64,000 bases of DNA from Dendrobates tinctorius (Eukaryota), in contig NW_027362008.1 in the NCBI RefSeq assembly GCF_039654945.1, positions 4,030,001 through 4,094,000 of the forward strand. The letters run 5' to 3'. The first letter of the stretch is position 1. Each line of letters opens with the position of its first letter. This document shows, piece by piece, positions 13,476 through 25,477 of this stretch. The position numbers were made by a program, and so were the translations under genes. The notes below the pieces were generated by a model, which saw only the letters and a list, made by a program, of their open reading frames with translations, ran no database searches and was not told the DNA's origin.

Positions 13476-13696
13476 GTGAATATATGATAAGTATAGCACA
13501 GCATATAGTAGATGGTATTACTGCAGATCCCTGGGGAATTATGCAATGCTGGAACATTATTACAGTGACTGCACACTATTATACAATTGTGCATTTCTAG
13601 TCGCAGTTTACACGAGGTGATTACAGTATGTTATTATGGGTCTCAAAGATGTTTCATGCTTTATTCAATGCCATATCTCATTTCATTTTATTCAGA

Positions 13697-15346
13697 ATGG
13701 CCACCAACATCAAGGAAGCAAGCAAGAACACGGCAAAACACCTTCTTCATCTGATATCAGAAACTTCCAAGAACCTGAAGATGATGGAAGTGACTGACCA
13801 CTTTGAACTTTTGCTAGAACTTGGGACTGGATCTTTTGGAAATGTACACATGGGAAAACACAAACATTCAGGTGAGATGATGATGATGGATGATGACTAT
13901 GAAGATGACTGAGCCATCAGGGTGGTTTTAGATGAATGTGAAAGATGAAATTGAAATCTGCTTGTACCCTGACAAACTGTACTTGTTAACAATCATTAAG
14001 TATCACCCTAGTTGTATCCTATCTACAACGTGTCATTAGTATTCTGCACCACTACCCTCTAGTCTTATGAATGCTCCTGTGTAAAGTGATTGATCAGGTT
14101 GTTTATATGGTTTTAAAAGTGTTATGGAATATGATGAGGATGAACATTAACAATTATAATGTTTATTCAACAGGACAGACCGTGGCAATTAAAATGATGG
14201 CAAAGAAGAAGACTCCAGAAGACAACTTCTTTCTGGAATATTGCATTTCACAAACCCTCAGCATCCATCGGAACATCATATTTACTCACGACATCTTCTT
14301 CCATACCAGTAGGGATTTTGTGTTTGTTCAGGAAGTGGCACCGGCCGGAAATCTCCAGTCCATCCTTGTACCTAAAGTAAGATCTTAAGCTGTTCTCCAC
14401 TTTTACATATTCAAGCATTATTCATACTGCTGAAGAAAAAAATTAGTGGTCTTTATTGTAGATCTGACATCTAACATTACCCTATTTCCTCAGATTTAAT
14501 AAACTCATATTTCTGTAAGTAGCAGTATGGGACCCCCATAATTAGGCAGGTTTAGGTTGTATGAGTATGTGTGAGCTAGTAAAATCCTCTATGTGAGAGA
14601 TATTTAATTTTTAGTGGAAATCTCGCATTATAGAGGATATCTGATTAATAGCAGAGTAGAACTGATGTCTGCAGGAATTATATCTACTAGTAGAAGATAT
14701 CTATAAGTCTTCTGTTCTTTTATATCAGATATGTTTTCCCTTCTGCTGTTCAGCTGTGTAATCTTCTGTGTTGTCTTTTTCTTAGGTCGGCATGCAGGAG
14801 GACATGTTGAAGCGTTGTGTTCCTCAGATCGCCAGTGCTCTGGACTTTATGCATAACAGAGGAATGGTTCATCGGGATATCAAGCCGAATAATATTCTTC
14901 TGATGGATGCAGAATGTCACTGGATAAAGCTGGCAGACTTTGGACTCACCAGGCTCCAGGGCACATTTGTTCCTTTTGTGCCCTGGTATAAACCCTACAC
15001 TGCTCCAGAGCTCTGCTGCCTTAGACCAGGAGAACAGTTGTTGCTACATCCTAGTCTTGATGTCTGGGCTTTTGGTGTAGTCATTTATTATGCTCTTTCT
15101 GGACTCTTTCCTTGGCATGGGGCAAAACGCGGTGATCGAGATTATAAAGAGTTTGCCTGGTGGCAGGTTGGAAGGGATCTGTCAAAAGCTCCAAAAAAGT
15201 GGAAGAAAATTTCAGTGGAGGCCAGAGTAATGTTCTGGGAACTGCTTCAAATAAATGCCTCTAAGAGAGGCTCGGCCATTGACATTCTAAAATTTATGCA
15301 CTTGCCATGGAAAGCCGAGGAATGTTCAGAGACCGAAGCAACCTGA
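13697..15346 (+). CDS. SBK1-like serine/threonine kinase (NKF1/SBK family), copy 1, 312 aa, intact
   Basis: Coding exons 13697-13871, 14174-14376 and 14786-15346. GT-AG introns (CAG|gtgaga..caacag|GA phase 1; AAA|gtaaga..tttcttag|GTC phase 0) give 939 nt in frame. Motifs: LGTGSFG, VAIK, alphaC Glu (FFLEY), HRDIKPNN, DFG, YTAPE, DVWAFG. QEVAPAGNL..PKVGMQED..KRC and FPW..D..Y.EF..WQ match SBK1 as recalled. Confidence 0.92.
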
Positions 15347-15437
15347 TATGTTGAATCTATGACAAACTGCAATATGATATTTGTTTTTTTAATCAATAAT
15401 GTCTACAAAGCAGACTGTGAACTATTGTAAATAGCTC

Positions 15438-15451
15438 AATAAATGAATAAA
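15438..15451 (+). terminator. Tandem AATAAA polyadenylation signals, kinase copy 1
   Basis: AATAAAtgAATAAA ~92 nt after the stop codon. Confidence 0.65.
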
Positions 15452-16467
15452 ACAGACTTGAATCTTACTAAAGTTTGTCTCGAGAAAAACAGAAAAAAAT
15501 ATAGAAGTTACGGGTATACGAACATGGGACACTCCCAAAACATTTTTTAAGTCAGTTTTTTTCATAAAAGTAACAAAACATAAAAAGTGATATAGAAAAG
15601 GAATTGTCATGGTATTGCTATTCACATTCTACATATTTCACATTGACATGCTTTAGCACTACAGAGTGCATCTTTTTTGTTTATTGAAAATGAAGGTAAC
15701 TGCAGCTAGTTGGCTCCTGTTCACATTAGCTTGGAAGTGCCAGTCTTTTTGTCACTAAAAAAATAATACTGGTACTTTATTCCCAAATTTGATAAATATG
15801 CTGAGCCTCCATCTTGCTATTTGCACTGGATATTATGCCCATTGGTTAAGAAAACTCCCTTGGTTATACAGGACTCAAGATTTTTTACAAATACAGGATG
15901 ATTTTGATTGACAAGCATTATTGCAGCTGGTGACAATCCTTGTGCTTTTGCTTTGCACACAATTCCTTTCAATTTGCAGGACCCTGGTATAACCAGGCAG
16001 CTGATACAGCAATGGATTCACCAGTTGCCGTGACTTGTATACTGTATATATTTTTTGGAGAAAGATACTTAATTTGAACAATCCATTTCTATTACATATC
16101 AAATTATTCTTACAATTTAAAGACAATATTCTTATAGTAAGAAGAGATGTGTCTTTTACTTTTTGGAAAGCATGCAGTAAAAAATAAAATCATTATGAGT
16201 CAGCACAAATTCTAATAATTTGAAAACAAAACTCTTGAGTGACTGAATATGATTGCCCTTTGTGCTCAAAAATATTTTACTGCCTGAGTTCCCAATTCAT
16301 AACAGATTCTGGTATAAAATGTCTCAATGTAAAGTCTCACTATCATTCTTGTGGGTGGCCAGGACTTCCAGCATCACCAGACCTCTGACTTCACTGTGCC
16401 TTTGTTGGGAAAAAACTTGGCACTCATAGTAAAATCAGAGGATTTTATATTTGAATTTATTTAACAT

Positions 16468-17491
16468 TGTCGGAGAAGAGATTTCTATTTCTACTTGGGT
16501 AGTTTCTGTCTTATGGGTACCTATGCAATGAAGCATAATGAGAGAGACAGACTGCTCGCTGTGTTTCCAAATCGTCTCTAAGGTTTATTGACAGTGTGAA
16601 CTTTTATAGAACAAGATCAAAAAGAAATGAAGAATACATAAGAATTGGCAAAATAGAAAGGGAGGTTACACAATCGTTGACATAAAAAGGTAGGTTATAC
16701 AATGAGTTGTCAACCACATCCTCGGACACAAGATAAAATTAAATGAAAAATGACAGGAATACAGGGGTGCTTTCCAAAAGTCAATGTGCTCTAAGTTAAT
16801 AGTCATGAGTTCATATTCAAAAGATATTTTTCTAAAAAGATGTTAGAACATTTCACCTCAAAAGGGAAGAGAATGCATGTCCTTCAGATTTTCTGGGAAT
16901 TGTAGGAACTGACCATTAGCCATAGGACTGTGACCACATAGACAGATGATAACTGGATGTCACGACTAGTGACGAGTTCGCTGCCGAGCCAACACCTCCA
17001 CGTCGACGACCACGACGATGTGGGGTGAGCGTCCCAAGTGGGGATGGAATGTGGACCCACTGGACCACAGGGGGGACCCAGGCCTACCCAGACTAGGGAA
17101 GAGTAGCGACCGGGGTCTGTGGCAGCTGAGCATGTGGACGAGGAGGCAGAATGACATGACACCGCACACTTCAGGTATAGACATAAAGTTTACTTGAACA
17201 AGACATGGTACATAAACGAAACAGTTATGCAAAGCTCCCGGTTCCGCACATCAGGGAAGGGTACATGTCTCAGGATAACAGAAGAAAGGCAGGAGGTCAT
17301 TACGGGTTGAGCAGTCCAGGGTTGTCTGGCATGGGTATACTAGGGCGGCCTCTTCCTCAGTCCTCAGGGGTAGCAAAGGGTCACCAGGAGAATATCAGAC
17401 ACCGACCACAAACAGACTTCAGAAAATGGCAGGCATTGTCTGACATTTCAATCACATCCATACACGCAGTACTTCTGTATTCTCCCGCTAC
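16468..17491 (-). mobile_element. Putative ERV-type solo LTR (~1.0 kb)
   Basis: The minus strand begins (G)GTAGCGGGAGAA and ends TTCTCCGACA (imperfect terminal inverted repeat). TATAAAA (16602-16608) is followed by AATAAA (16584-16589) near the 3' end. GC-richer than the flanks. No clean TSD. Confidence 0.5.
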
Positions 17492-17829
17492 CCGTATTTT
17501 ATCAAAAAAGCTCTAATGCCAATGGACAAAAACATAAATCTTATCTATTTATAGAAACTCTTGGTTGGTTCACTATATCCTCGAATTAGTGTCCTATCTG
17601 AGTACCCGGTTGCATACAAAAAAATTGAGCAATTATATTCACATATTGTCTTCACGTGATTTTCCCACTTCATTACAAACTCCCACCCGGTTCCTTCCAT
17701 TAGGTTTTTCCAAGGAGCAACTAACCAGAGAGTTTTATCTTAATCGCTGCTTTGAGCAACAAAAAGGCTGTTTATACACTGAGCACACATCATTTAGTCT
17801 CCATACATCAACAGGGCTGCTTTACAGTA

Positions 17830-18329
17830 GTGCGAAATGAATATGTTGAAGTGTATTTTCCTGGGCCCAACCAGTATGTGGGTACCAAGGTGTAATGGGG
17901 TGCATAGGACTATGCAGCAGGGCAGACATTGCTGTCACTCTGTAAACAAAAGAGTAGGGGAGAACCGTATGAATATGGTGAAGTGTATTTTTTTCCTGGG
18001 CCCATCCAGTATGTGGGTTCCAAGTGTTTAATGGGGTGCATATGACTATGGTATGAATCTCGGAAAAAAATATTTAAAGCTGTGAACTAGGAGTCAGGAA
18101 TGCTTCCAGGGGCGATCCCCATGAATTCCCCATTTCATTTGAGCAGTGTTTAAATCATTTTCAGATGTTTCTAGACCTTAAAATGACCCCCTTGGGGGAT
18201 CACAGCAAAAATGCTCGGGTTTCCCATAGACTTATATTGGGCTCGTTGTTCTGTCCGAGTACCCAAGTATTACAATTTGCTCGACCCGAACAACGAGTGC
18301 CCAAGCATTTTAGTGCTCGCTCATCACTA
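17830..18329. mobile_element. One end of a non-autonomous hAT-like DNA transposon with an internal ~80-bp direct repeat
   Basis: Ends in GCTCGCTCATCACTA, the reverse complement of TAGTGATGAGCGAGC, a TIR type recalled from frog hAT elements. Subterminal ctcg/cgag motifs. Repeat at ~17838-17915 and ~17970-18050. Partner TIR not found. Confidence 0.5.
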
Positions 18330-18345
18330 ATCCCAGTACTTAAAA

Positions 18346-18759
18346 AGCGATACTCAATTCATGGAGAATAACTTCTCTGAAATTCAAATTAATTGGGAAA
18401 ATCCAAACGGTTAAGCGATTTTGAATTTTGCTGATCTGACCCATGTTATAAAACAATCTTATCATATATTGTGCACGATGAATGCCGCATGAAGGGAAAA
18501 GTGAAAAACTGCTAAACTTGCTATTCTTGTTCATCTTACCTCACTAAAAAATTGAATTAAAAAAATCATGTATCCCAACGCTGTACCAAAACAACTAGTT
18601 TTGTACCCAAAAACATGTCCTCATGCAGATCTGCATTCAGAAAAATAAAAAGCAATGACTCTCAATATGACAGCTATAAAAAACATATTGTGATTTTCTT
18701 GGGTATGAAAATAATCATGTCAGCACACAGAATAAAGTGAACAAGTCAATTATACTGCT
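18346..18759 (-). repeat. Right arm of the inverted repeat, unit 1
   Basis: Same sequence as 48335-48748. Confidence 0.9.
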
Positions 18760-19925
18760 TACGTTTGAAAATCCACCAGGCTTCCCTATTTTGTAATGTA
18801 ACCTCCGTATCACCCCCTCTGATGGGTGTGTGTATTTTTTCAATTGCATACACCAGAAGTGTTTTCAGGTCATCTTTATGACATTCAATAAAATGTTTTG
18901 ACACCTGAGATGTGTTCCTTTCCATGTTAATATTCTCTGTGTCATAGATGTGTTCCCCAATTCTTTTCTTCAGCTTGCGTTTTGTGCTTCCAACATGTTT
19001 TAGATGGCAGAAGGTGCACTCCATAATATATACCAAGGTTTTAGTGCTACAATTGATAAAGGTTTTAGTAGCAAAATTCTTGCTTTCACTAGAATCTCCA
19101 AAGCTAGAGCTCTCTTTAGTGTATTTACAGGACTTAGCGCCACACTTATAAAAACCCTTGGTTTTCTGCCAATTTGTGGATTGAATTTGAGACATATTCA
19201 AAAAACTTGGCAAAAGGCTCTGACCTAAAGATGGTGCTCTCCTAGAGTCTATTCTAAATCCTTTCCCTATAATACTATCTATATCTGGATCCTCTTTTAA
19301 TACAGATAAATTATTTTGAATAATTCGTTCAATAGAGGCAAACTGGTTACTACACTGCGAGACCAATGTTACAGGAGTGACTGAATGTTCATGTGTGTTA
19401 CACTTAGGTTTGAATCGCGGTTTTTGAGCCACAATGTTTTCAGCTTTGCTTAAACTCCATTGGGTATAACCCCTTTGGGTCAATCACTGCTTAATGTTAG
19501 AAACTTCCTGTTGATAATCTGTATTTGTGCTACAATTGCATTTAGCTCTTGTCATCTCCCCAACAGGTATACTTTTAATTATATGTTTAGGATGATGGCT
19601 TTTTCCATGGAGTATAGCATTGCCTGCTGTGTTCTTTCTAAATTTTTGTGTTACTACAGGTTTACCTGAAATTCCTTGTAAAATCAAATAAAAAAAATCA
19701 ATGCATGAAATTTTATGGCGGACCACAAATTTTAAATTCAAGGGATTGCAATTAATATAAAAATTAAAATCCTGTATGGCAGATACATCAGAATTCCAGA
19801 TGATAATGATATCATCTATGTATCTGCCTTACCAATAGACACAATCTTTAAATGGATTATTTACAGTATAAATATACAGCTCTTCCCACCAGCTCATTAC
19901 CAAGTGAAATTAGCAAGTGAAGTTG
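18760..19925 (-). mobile_element. Decayed Penelope-like retroelement fragment (RT C-terminal half, Cys-rich linker, GIY-YIG endonuclease)
   Basis: Manual translation upstream of ORF 19484-19741 gives ..LVMSWWEELYIY..CVYW*GRYIDDIIIIW (YIDD at 19811-19822). Downstream are HPKH..KSIPVGE..RA..NCS, RGY, KCG..SC, LVYIMECTFCHLKHVGST...RIGEH, VSKHF and REAWWIFK. In-frame stops are present. Confidence 0.88.
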
Positions 19926-19930
19926 TCAAG

Positions 19931-20270
19931 CGATCCACTATATGACCAAGATGAAAATCTTTCTTTGCAATTGCGGCTTGTTCCCAGTCAACTTACGTGC
20001 ATCGTTATATTTTACTTTTGGTTATGTGTGTTTTTCCATGCGTTATTCATCCTGTTTTGAATGTGAATGTTTTTTCTTTGTCATCTAGGAATATTTAACA
20101 CCATCCACTATATGATTAAGATATAAAGTATTTTTCGCAATTGCGGCTTGTTCCTCGCTAGTTTATGTGGATTGTTATGCAGGAGCATATTGCTATCTGT
20201 GTTTTTTTATGCGATGTAGATCTGGTTTTGAATTAAATTGTTTTCATTTTTGCTTTCACCTAGGTACTTT
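19931..20270. repeat. Degenerate ~170-bp tandem repeat (2 clear units); also at ~36075-36415 and ~49920-50260
   Basis: atccactatatga..aagat..aaa..gcaattgcggcttgttcc at 19933 and 20103. Confidence 0.75.
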
Positions 20271-20382
20271 TACCCTCCTCCGCTGAAATTGTGTTTTTAG
20301 ATCTGTGTCTCTTACTATTACTCTATGACACTCAGTGTATGATAGAGAGAAATGTATTTTTCTTCTTTCTATGATTGTTATT

Positions 20383-23300
20383 GAATCATAGAATCATAGA
20401 ATCATAGAATCATAGAATCGTAGAGTTGGAAGGGACCTCCTGGGCCATCTGGTCCAACCCCCTGCTCAAAGCAGGATTCGCTAAATCATCCCAGTCAGAT
20501 GTCTGTCCAGCCTCTGTTTGAAGACTTCCATTGAAGGAGAACTCACCACTTCTCGTGGCAGCCTGTTCCACTCATTGATCACTCTAACTGTCAAAAAGTT
20601 TTTTCTAATATCTAATCTGTGTCTCTTCCCATTCAGTTTCATCCCATTGCTTCTAGTCTTTCCTTGTGCAAATGAGAATAAAGTTGATCCTTCTACAATG
20701 TGACAGCCCTTTAGATATTTGTAGACAGCTATTAAGTCTCCTCTCAGTCTTCTCTTTTGCAAACTAAACATTCCCAAATCCTGCAACCTTTCCTCATAAG
20801 ACAGGGATTGCAGACCGGTCACCATTCTGGTCGCTCTTTTCTGAACTTGCTCCAGTTTGTTGATGTCTTTTTTAAAATGTGGTGCCCAAAACTGGACACA
20901 ATATTCCAGATGAGGTCTGACCAAAGAGGAGTAGAGGGAAATAATGACTTCACGTGATCTAGACTGTATGCTTCTGTTAATACATCCTAGAATTGCATTT
21001 GCCTTTTTTGCTGCTGCATCACACTGTTGACTCATTTTCAGTCTGTGATCTATTAGTATACCCAAGTCTTTTTCACATGTGCTGTCACTTAGCCCTATTC
21101 CTCCCATTCTATATATGCTTTTTTCATTTTTATTGCCCAGATGTAGTACTTTGCATTTCTCCCTGTTAAAAACCATTCTGTTAGTTGCTGCCCACTTCTC
21201 CAGTTTATTTAAATCTTTTTGAATCCTCTCTCTCTCTTCTCTAGTATTAGCTATCCCTCCTAGCTTTGTGTCATCAGCAAATTTAATCAGTTTACCCTCA
21301 ATTCCTTCATCTAAATCGTTGATAAAGATGTTGAACAATACAGGGCCCAGGACAGAGCCCTGTGGTACCCCACATGAGACATTCTTCCAACTGGATGTGC
21401 AGCCATTTACGACCACTCTTTGGGTCCGATCACTAAGCCAGTTATGAATCCACCTAACAGTTGCCTTGTCCATTCCATACTTAGTCATTTTTTCAATAAG
21501 GATTGTATGAGAGACTTTGTCAAATGCTTTGCTGAAGTCAAGATATACTATATCTACAGCATTTCCTTGATCCACCCAATCAGTGATACCGTCATAGAAG
21601 GAAATTAAGTTAGTCTGACATGACTTATTAGTTAGAAACCCATGCTGACTCTGTTTAATCACTTCATTCTTATCCAGGTATTGACATACAAGTTGTTTAA
21701 TAATTTGTTCAAAGATCTTTCCTGGTATAGAAGTCAGACTCACCGGCCTATAGTTGCCTGGGTCCACCTTCTTCCCCTTTTTGAAGATAGGAACAACATT
21801 TGCTCTTCTCCAGTCTTCTGGCACTTCTCCTGTTCTCCAAGAATTTTCAAAGATTATGGAGAGGGGTTCAAAAATTTCTTCTGCTATCTCCTTCAGTACT
21901 CTGGGGTGTAATTCATCTGGACCTGGAGACTTGAATTCATTTAGGTTAGCTAACTGTTTCCTCACTATCTTTCTGTTTATAGATATCCTGGATTCTTCTA
22001 TTCCCTTAATAGGACAGTGAATAACAGTTGATGTTGCATTTCCTTTCTGAGAGAAAGCAGATGCAAAATAGGAATTTAAAAGTTCAGCCTTCTCAACATC
22101 CTGTCTTACCATTTCATCATTTTCATCCTGTAAAAATCCTATAGCATCTTTGACTTTTCTTTTACTTTTGACATATCCCCAAAATCCTTTATTATTGCTT
22201 TTGACATCTCTTGCAAGCCTCAGTTCATTTTCAGCTTTAGCTAATCTGATTTGTGCCCTGCAGGTTCTGCAGACAGCATTATATTCTTCTTTAGATATGC
22301 CTCCCTCTTTCCATTTTATAAACATTTTTTTCTTCCTTTTAGCATGTGCTTAAGTTCTGTGTTCATCCATCCTGGTTTCCTTAAATGCTTCCTATTCTTC
22401 CCTCTTTTCGGAATTGTTAACAACTGTGCTTTGAGAATTTCATTTTTCAAGATTTCCCATCCTTCCTGGACATTTTTGTCTTTAAGGATATCCAGCCATT
22501 GGATCCCTCCAATTCTCTTTCTGAATCCCTTAAAATCTGCCTTTCTGAAATCTAACCTTGACGTCTGAGTCTTCACAGGTCTTCCACCTCTAGTAATCCA
22601 AAATTCTAAAATAGCATGGTCGCTACCTCCTAGGGTCCCAGCCACTTTTACCTCCTCAACCATTTCCTCCCTGTTTATAAGGATTAGATCCAAGGTAGCA
22701 GTTCCCCTTGTTTTCTCCCTTACCTTTTGGAAGATAAAGTTGTCAGCAAGAGAGGATAAGAATTTCCTTGACCTGTTAGTTTTGCCTGAGAGAGATTCCC
22801 AACAAATGTCTGGATAGTTGAAATCTCCCATGACAACTATGTCATATTTTTTGGAGAACTTGGCCATCTGATGCATAAAGAGTTCATCTATATCTTTGGC
22901 TTGCACAGGCGGCCTGTAGTAAATGCCTACAATGGTGTCCTTTCCATTGTTCTGTCCTTGTATTCTTACGCAAACAGTTTCCACAGAACTCCCAGTCTCT
23001 GAAGCTTCAATCTCTGTGCAGATATACGCGTTTCGAACATACAATGCGACACCCCCTCCTCGTTTATCAAGTCTGTTTCTTGCAAATAAGTTGTATCCTT
23101 CTAGTCTTGTATTCCAATCATGTGTATTGTCCCACCAAGTTTCAGTGATTCCAATTACATCATATTTCTGCTCCTGTGTTAGTAGTTCCAATTCTCCTTG
23201 TTTGTTGCCCATGCTTTGTGCATTAGTATAGAAACATTTTAGTTTGTGATTGGTTTCTCTTTCTCCAATATTTTTATTAATTAGATTCTTTCGTCTTTGT

Positions 23301-23390
23301 TCTTCCTTTCCACTTCTAATAGAAGAGTTCTCAATAGCATTTGTCAGGTGTATGGCTTTTTCTGGTCTTTTGCTTCCCTTCCCATGTTGT
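20383..23390 (-). mobile_element. CR1-A LINE, near-complete ORF2 with a 1-bp frameshift
   Basis: ORFs 22316-23488 (EN) and 20481-22325 (RT). Tail x4. No ORF1 or 5'UTR recognised. Confidence 0.94.
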
Positions 23391-23435
23391 TCTTGAGAAA
23401 TTGAGAATAATATAATAGAAAAAATGTCTTTGTAA

Positions 23436-23815
23436 GGCTGTGTGCCCACATTGCGCTTTTTCAGAGTTTCCGTGGTGATTTTAAACAAGTGATTCTGCCG
23501 CTGAAATGCTTAAGAAAATCATTCCATGTTATCATAATTGATTCCGCACATGTTGTGCTAATGGTGCGTATTTTACCGCTGCGGAATTGCTTAGCGGTAA
23601 AAAACACAGAATGTTCATTAATTTTGTGGAATCGCATGCGATTATGCATACATACACTTGTATTGCAAAAGCGCATAGGAAATCGCATGTTAAAACATAT
23701 GACAAATGCATCAAAATTGCTAAAATCTTCAAAACTGCATGCGTTTTTCCAGCTAAGGGTGTGCGTTTCTCCTCAGGAATATTCTACTTCAAAACTGCAA
23801 TGTGGGCACATAGCC
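23436..23815. mobile_element. Harbinger-like MITE copy
   Basis: Same TIRs. Confidence 0.78.
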
Positions 23816-24220
23816 TGAAAGTGGCTTTTCTATCCTCTAGTCTGAGTAGATGGCTGTAATTTTTCATTCTGACGTTTGATCCATCATATGATTTTCACTC
23901 TGTTCCAGAGTGAAATTGTATTTTCCTCTTTGGTTGTTTTGTAAAAACTCAACATCAATTTTTACAATTATGGTTCTTTCATTTGCTCCCTTATATAAAT
24001 GTATATTTCTCTACTTCTGTACTGTGGCTGCTAAGAAGAATTTACAATATACTGCGTTTGTTCTGCGCAATTGAAATACATTCTCGCCTTTATGCCATGT
24101 GGAAATCACATTCCTGATTTTAGCCATGTATGTCTTCACTTGTAATTCATTTACGTTAATTAGATATGTTAATTGTCTTTCACTAGTGTTCAGCATATTA
24201 GTGCTTTCTCGAACAATGCC

Positions 24221-24268
24221 TGTTATCATGACTAAGGGTGCTGGGACACCTGAAACGCGTTGATAACA
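24221..24268 (+). ncRNA. Hammerhead-like motif copy
   Basis: Identical to 2970-3017. Confidence 0.62.
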
Positions 24269-25477
24269 CAATCTTATGTACCATTCATGCTGATATTTTA
24301 TCTATTCACATCTGAGTGAATAAAGAATTTGTGTTTTCACTTCTGGATCATGGCTTTTTTGTTACATTAGCCATACCTTTCTTTTCTGGGCAATATAGAT
24401 GTAAAAGTGTTTTTTAAGTATCAGTTATATTTGTCAATACACTTTTTAAGTGGAACTTATTAGCATGATTTTATAAGCACTTTTTTGCAAGAGAAATAAA
24501 GAAAACAGTAATTTTAACATTTATTTGTAGTTTAAAGTTTGTGTTATCTGATTTGCTGAAAAAATAAAGCAGTAACTGCATTCAGTAGGTCAGTACTAAT
24601 ATGGTGCTGGTAAATTTGTATAATCTTAATTGTTTTTTATGTTTTGTACAATATACACTTTAAAAAAAACCCATTTTTATACTGTTTTACAATTTTTTGT
24701 TAGTGGCGTGGTATGAAGATTTATTTTTGCCTGAAAATCTGTAGCTTTTGTTGTTAACAGTTTGTTGTACATGCAACTTTTTGATCACTTTTACATTATT
24801 TAGGAGGCAAAATGAAAGAAAAACACGTAAATTCTGAATTTGTTTTAATATTTTTTTAAACCCCAGTCACTGTTGGGTATAACTGTCGTGGTATCTTTAT
24901 TTGGTGGACGATATCATCACCATATTCTCATAAACTTCACTTATTTATTTTTCGGTTTATTGTAGGTGACGCTGATTGAGGCTTTGTTTTTGGTTATATA
25001 TGCCTTTCTAGTTATTATTTATCTCATTGTTTTGCTGGGAAGCAGAAACAAACAGCTATGAATTGGAAATAGTTGTTATTTTTATGGAGTTCGTCCAGCA
25101 GTATAATTGACATGATTACTTTATTCTGTGTGCTGATATGATTATGTTCATATCTAAGAAAATCACAATACATTTTTTATAGCTGTCACATTGTGAGTCA
25201 ATGCTTTGTATTTTTCTGACTGCAGATCTGTATGAGGACATGTTTTTGGGTAACAAACTAGTTATTTTGGTATAGCATCGGGATACATGATTTTTTAATT
25301 CAGTTTTTTAGTGAGGTAAGATGAACAAGAATAGCAAGTTTAGCAGTTTCTCACTTTTCCCCTCATACGGCATTGATCATGCACAATAAATGATAAGATT
25401 GTTTTATAACATGGGTCAGATCAGCAAAATTCAAAATCGCTTAACTGTTTGGATTTTCCCAATTAATTTGATTTTCA

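Larger units (their letters stand above)
4227..20382. repeat. Tandem segmental-duplication unit 1 (~16.2 kb; kinase gene plus TE mosaic)
   Basis: The same ORF set and sequence recur downstream. Kinase ATG-to-ATG spacings are 16164, 13825 and 16126 bp. The boundary is placed arbitrarily at a CR1 3' tail. Confidence 0.93.

Noticed and set aside
13628-13912. 94-aa and 105-aa ORFs (13628-13912, 14071-14388) as separate genes, including the EMMMMDDD tail
   Set aside because: They are kinase exons extended into introns. The Met/Asp run is an intronic (GAT)n microsatellite after the GT donor at 13872.
13697-15346. Assigning the gene symbol sbk1
   Set aside because: It is clearly SBK family but too diverged and multicopy to call the ortholog without a phylogeny.
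16884-17840. 88-103 aa ORFs in the GC-richer block downstream of the kinase
   Set aside because: No recognisable domain. They lie in or next to the putative LTR.
20372-23396. TSD for CR1-A (ttgttattga versus ttgttcttga)
   Set aside because: The match is imperfect and no empty site is available in the window, so the TSD and exact 5' end cannot be established.
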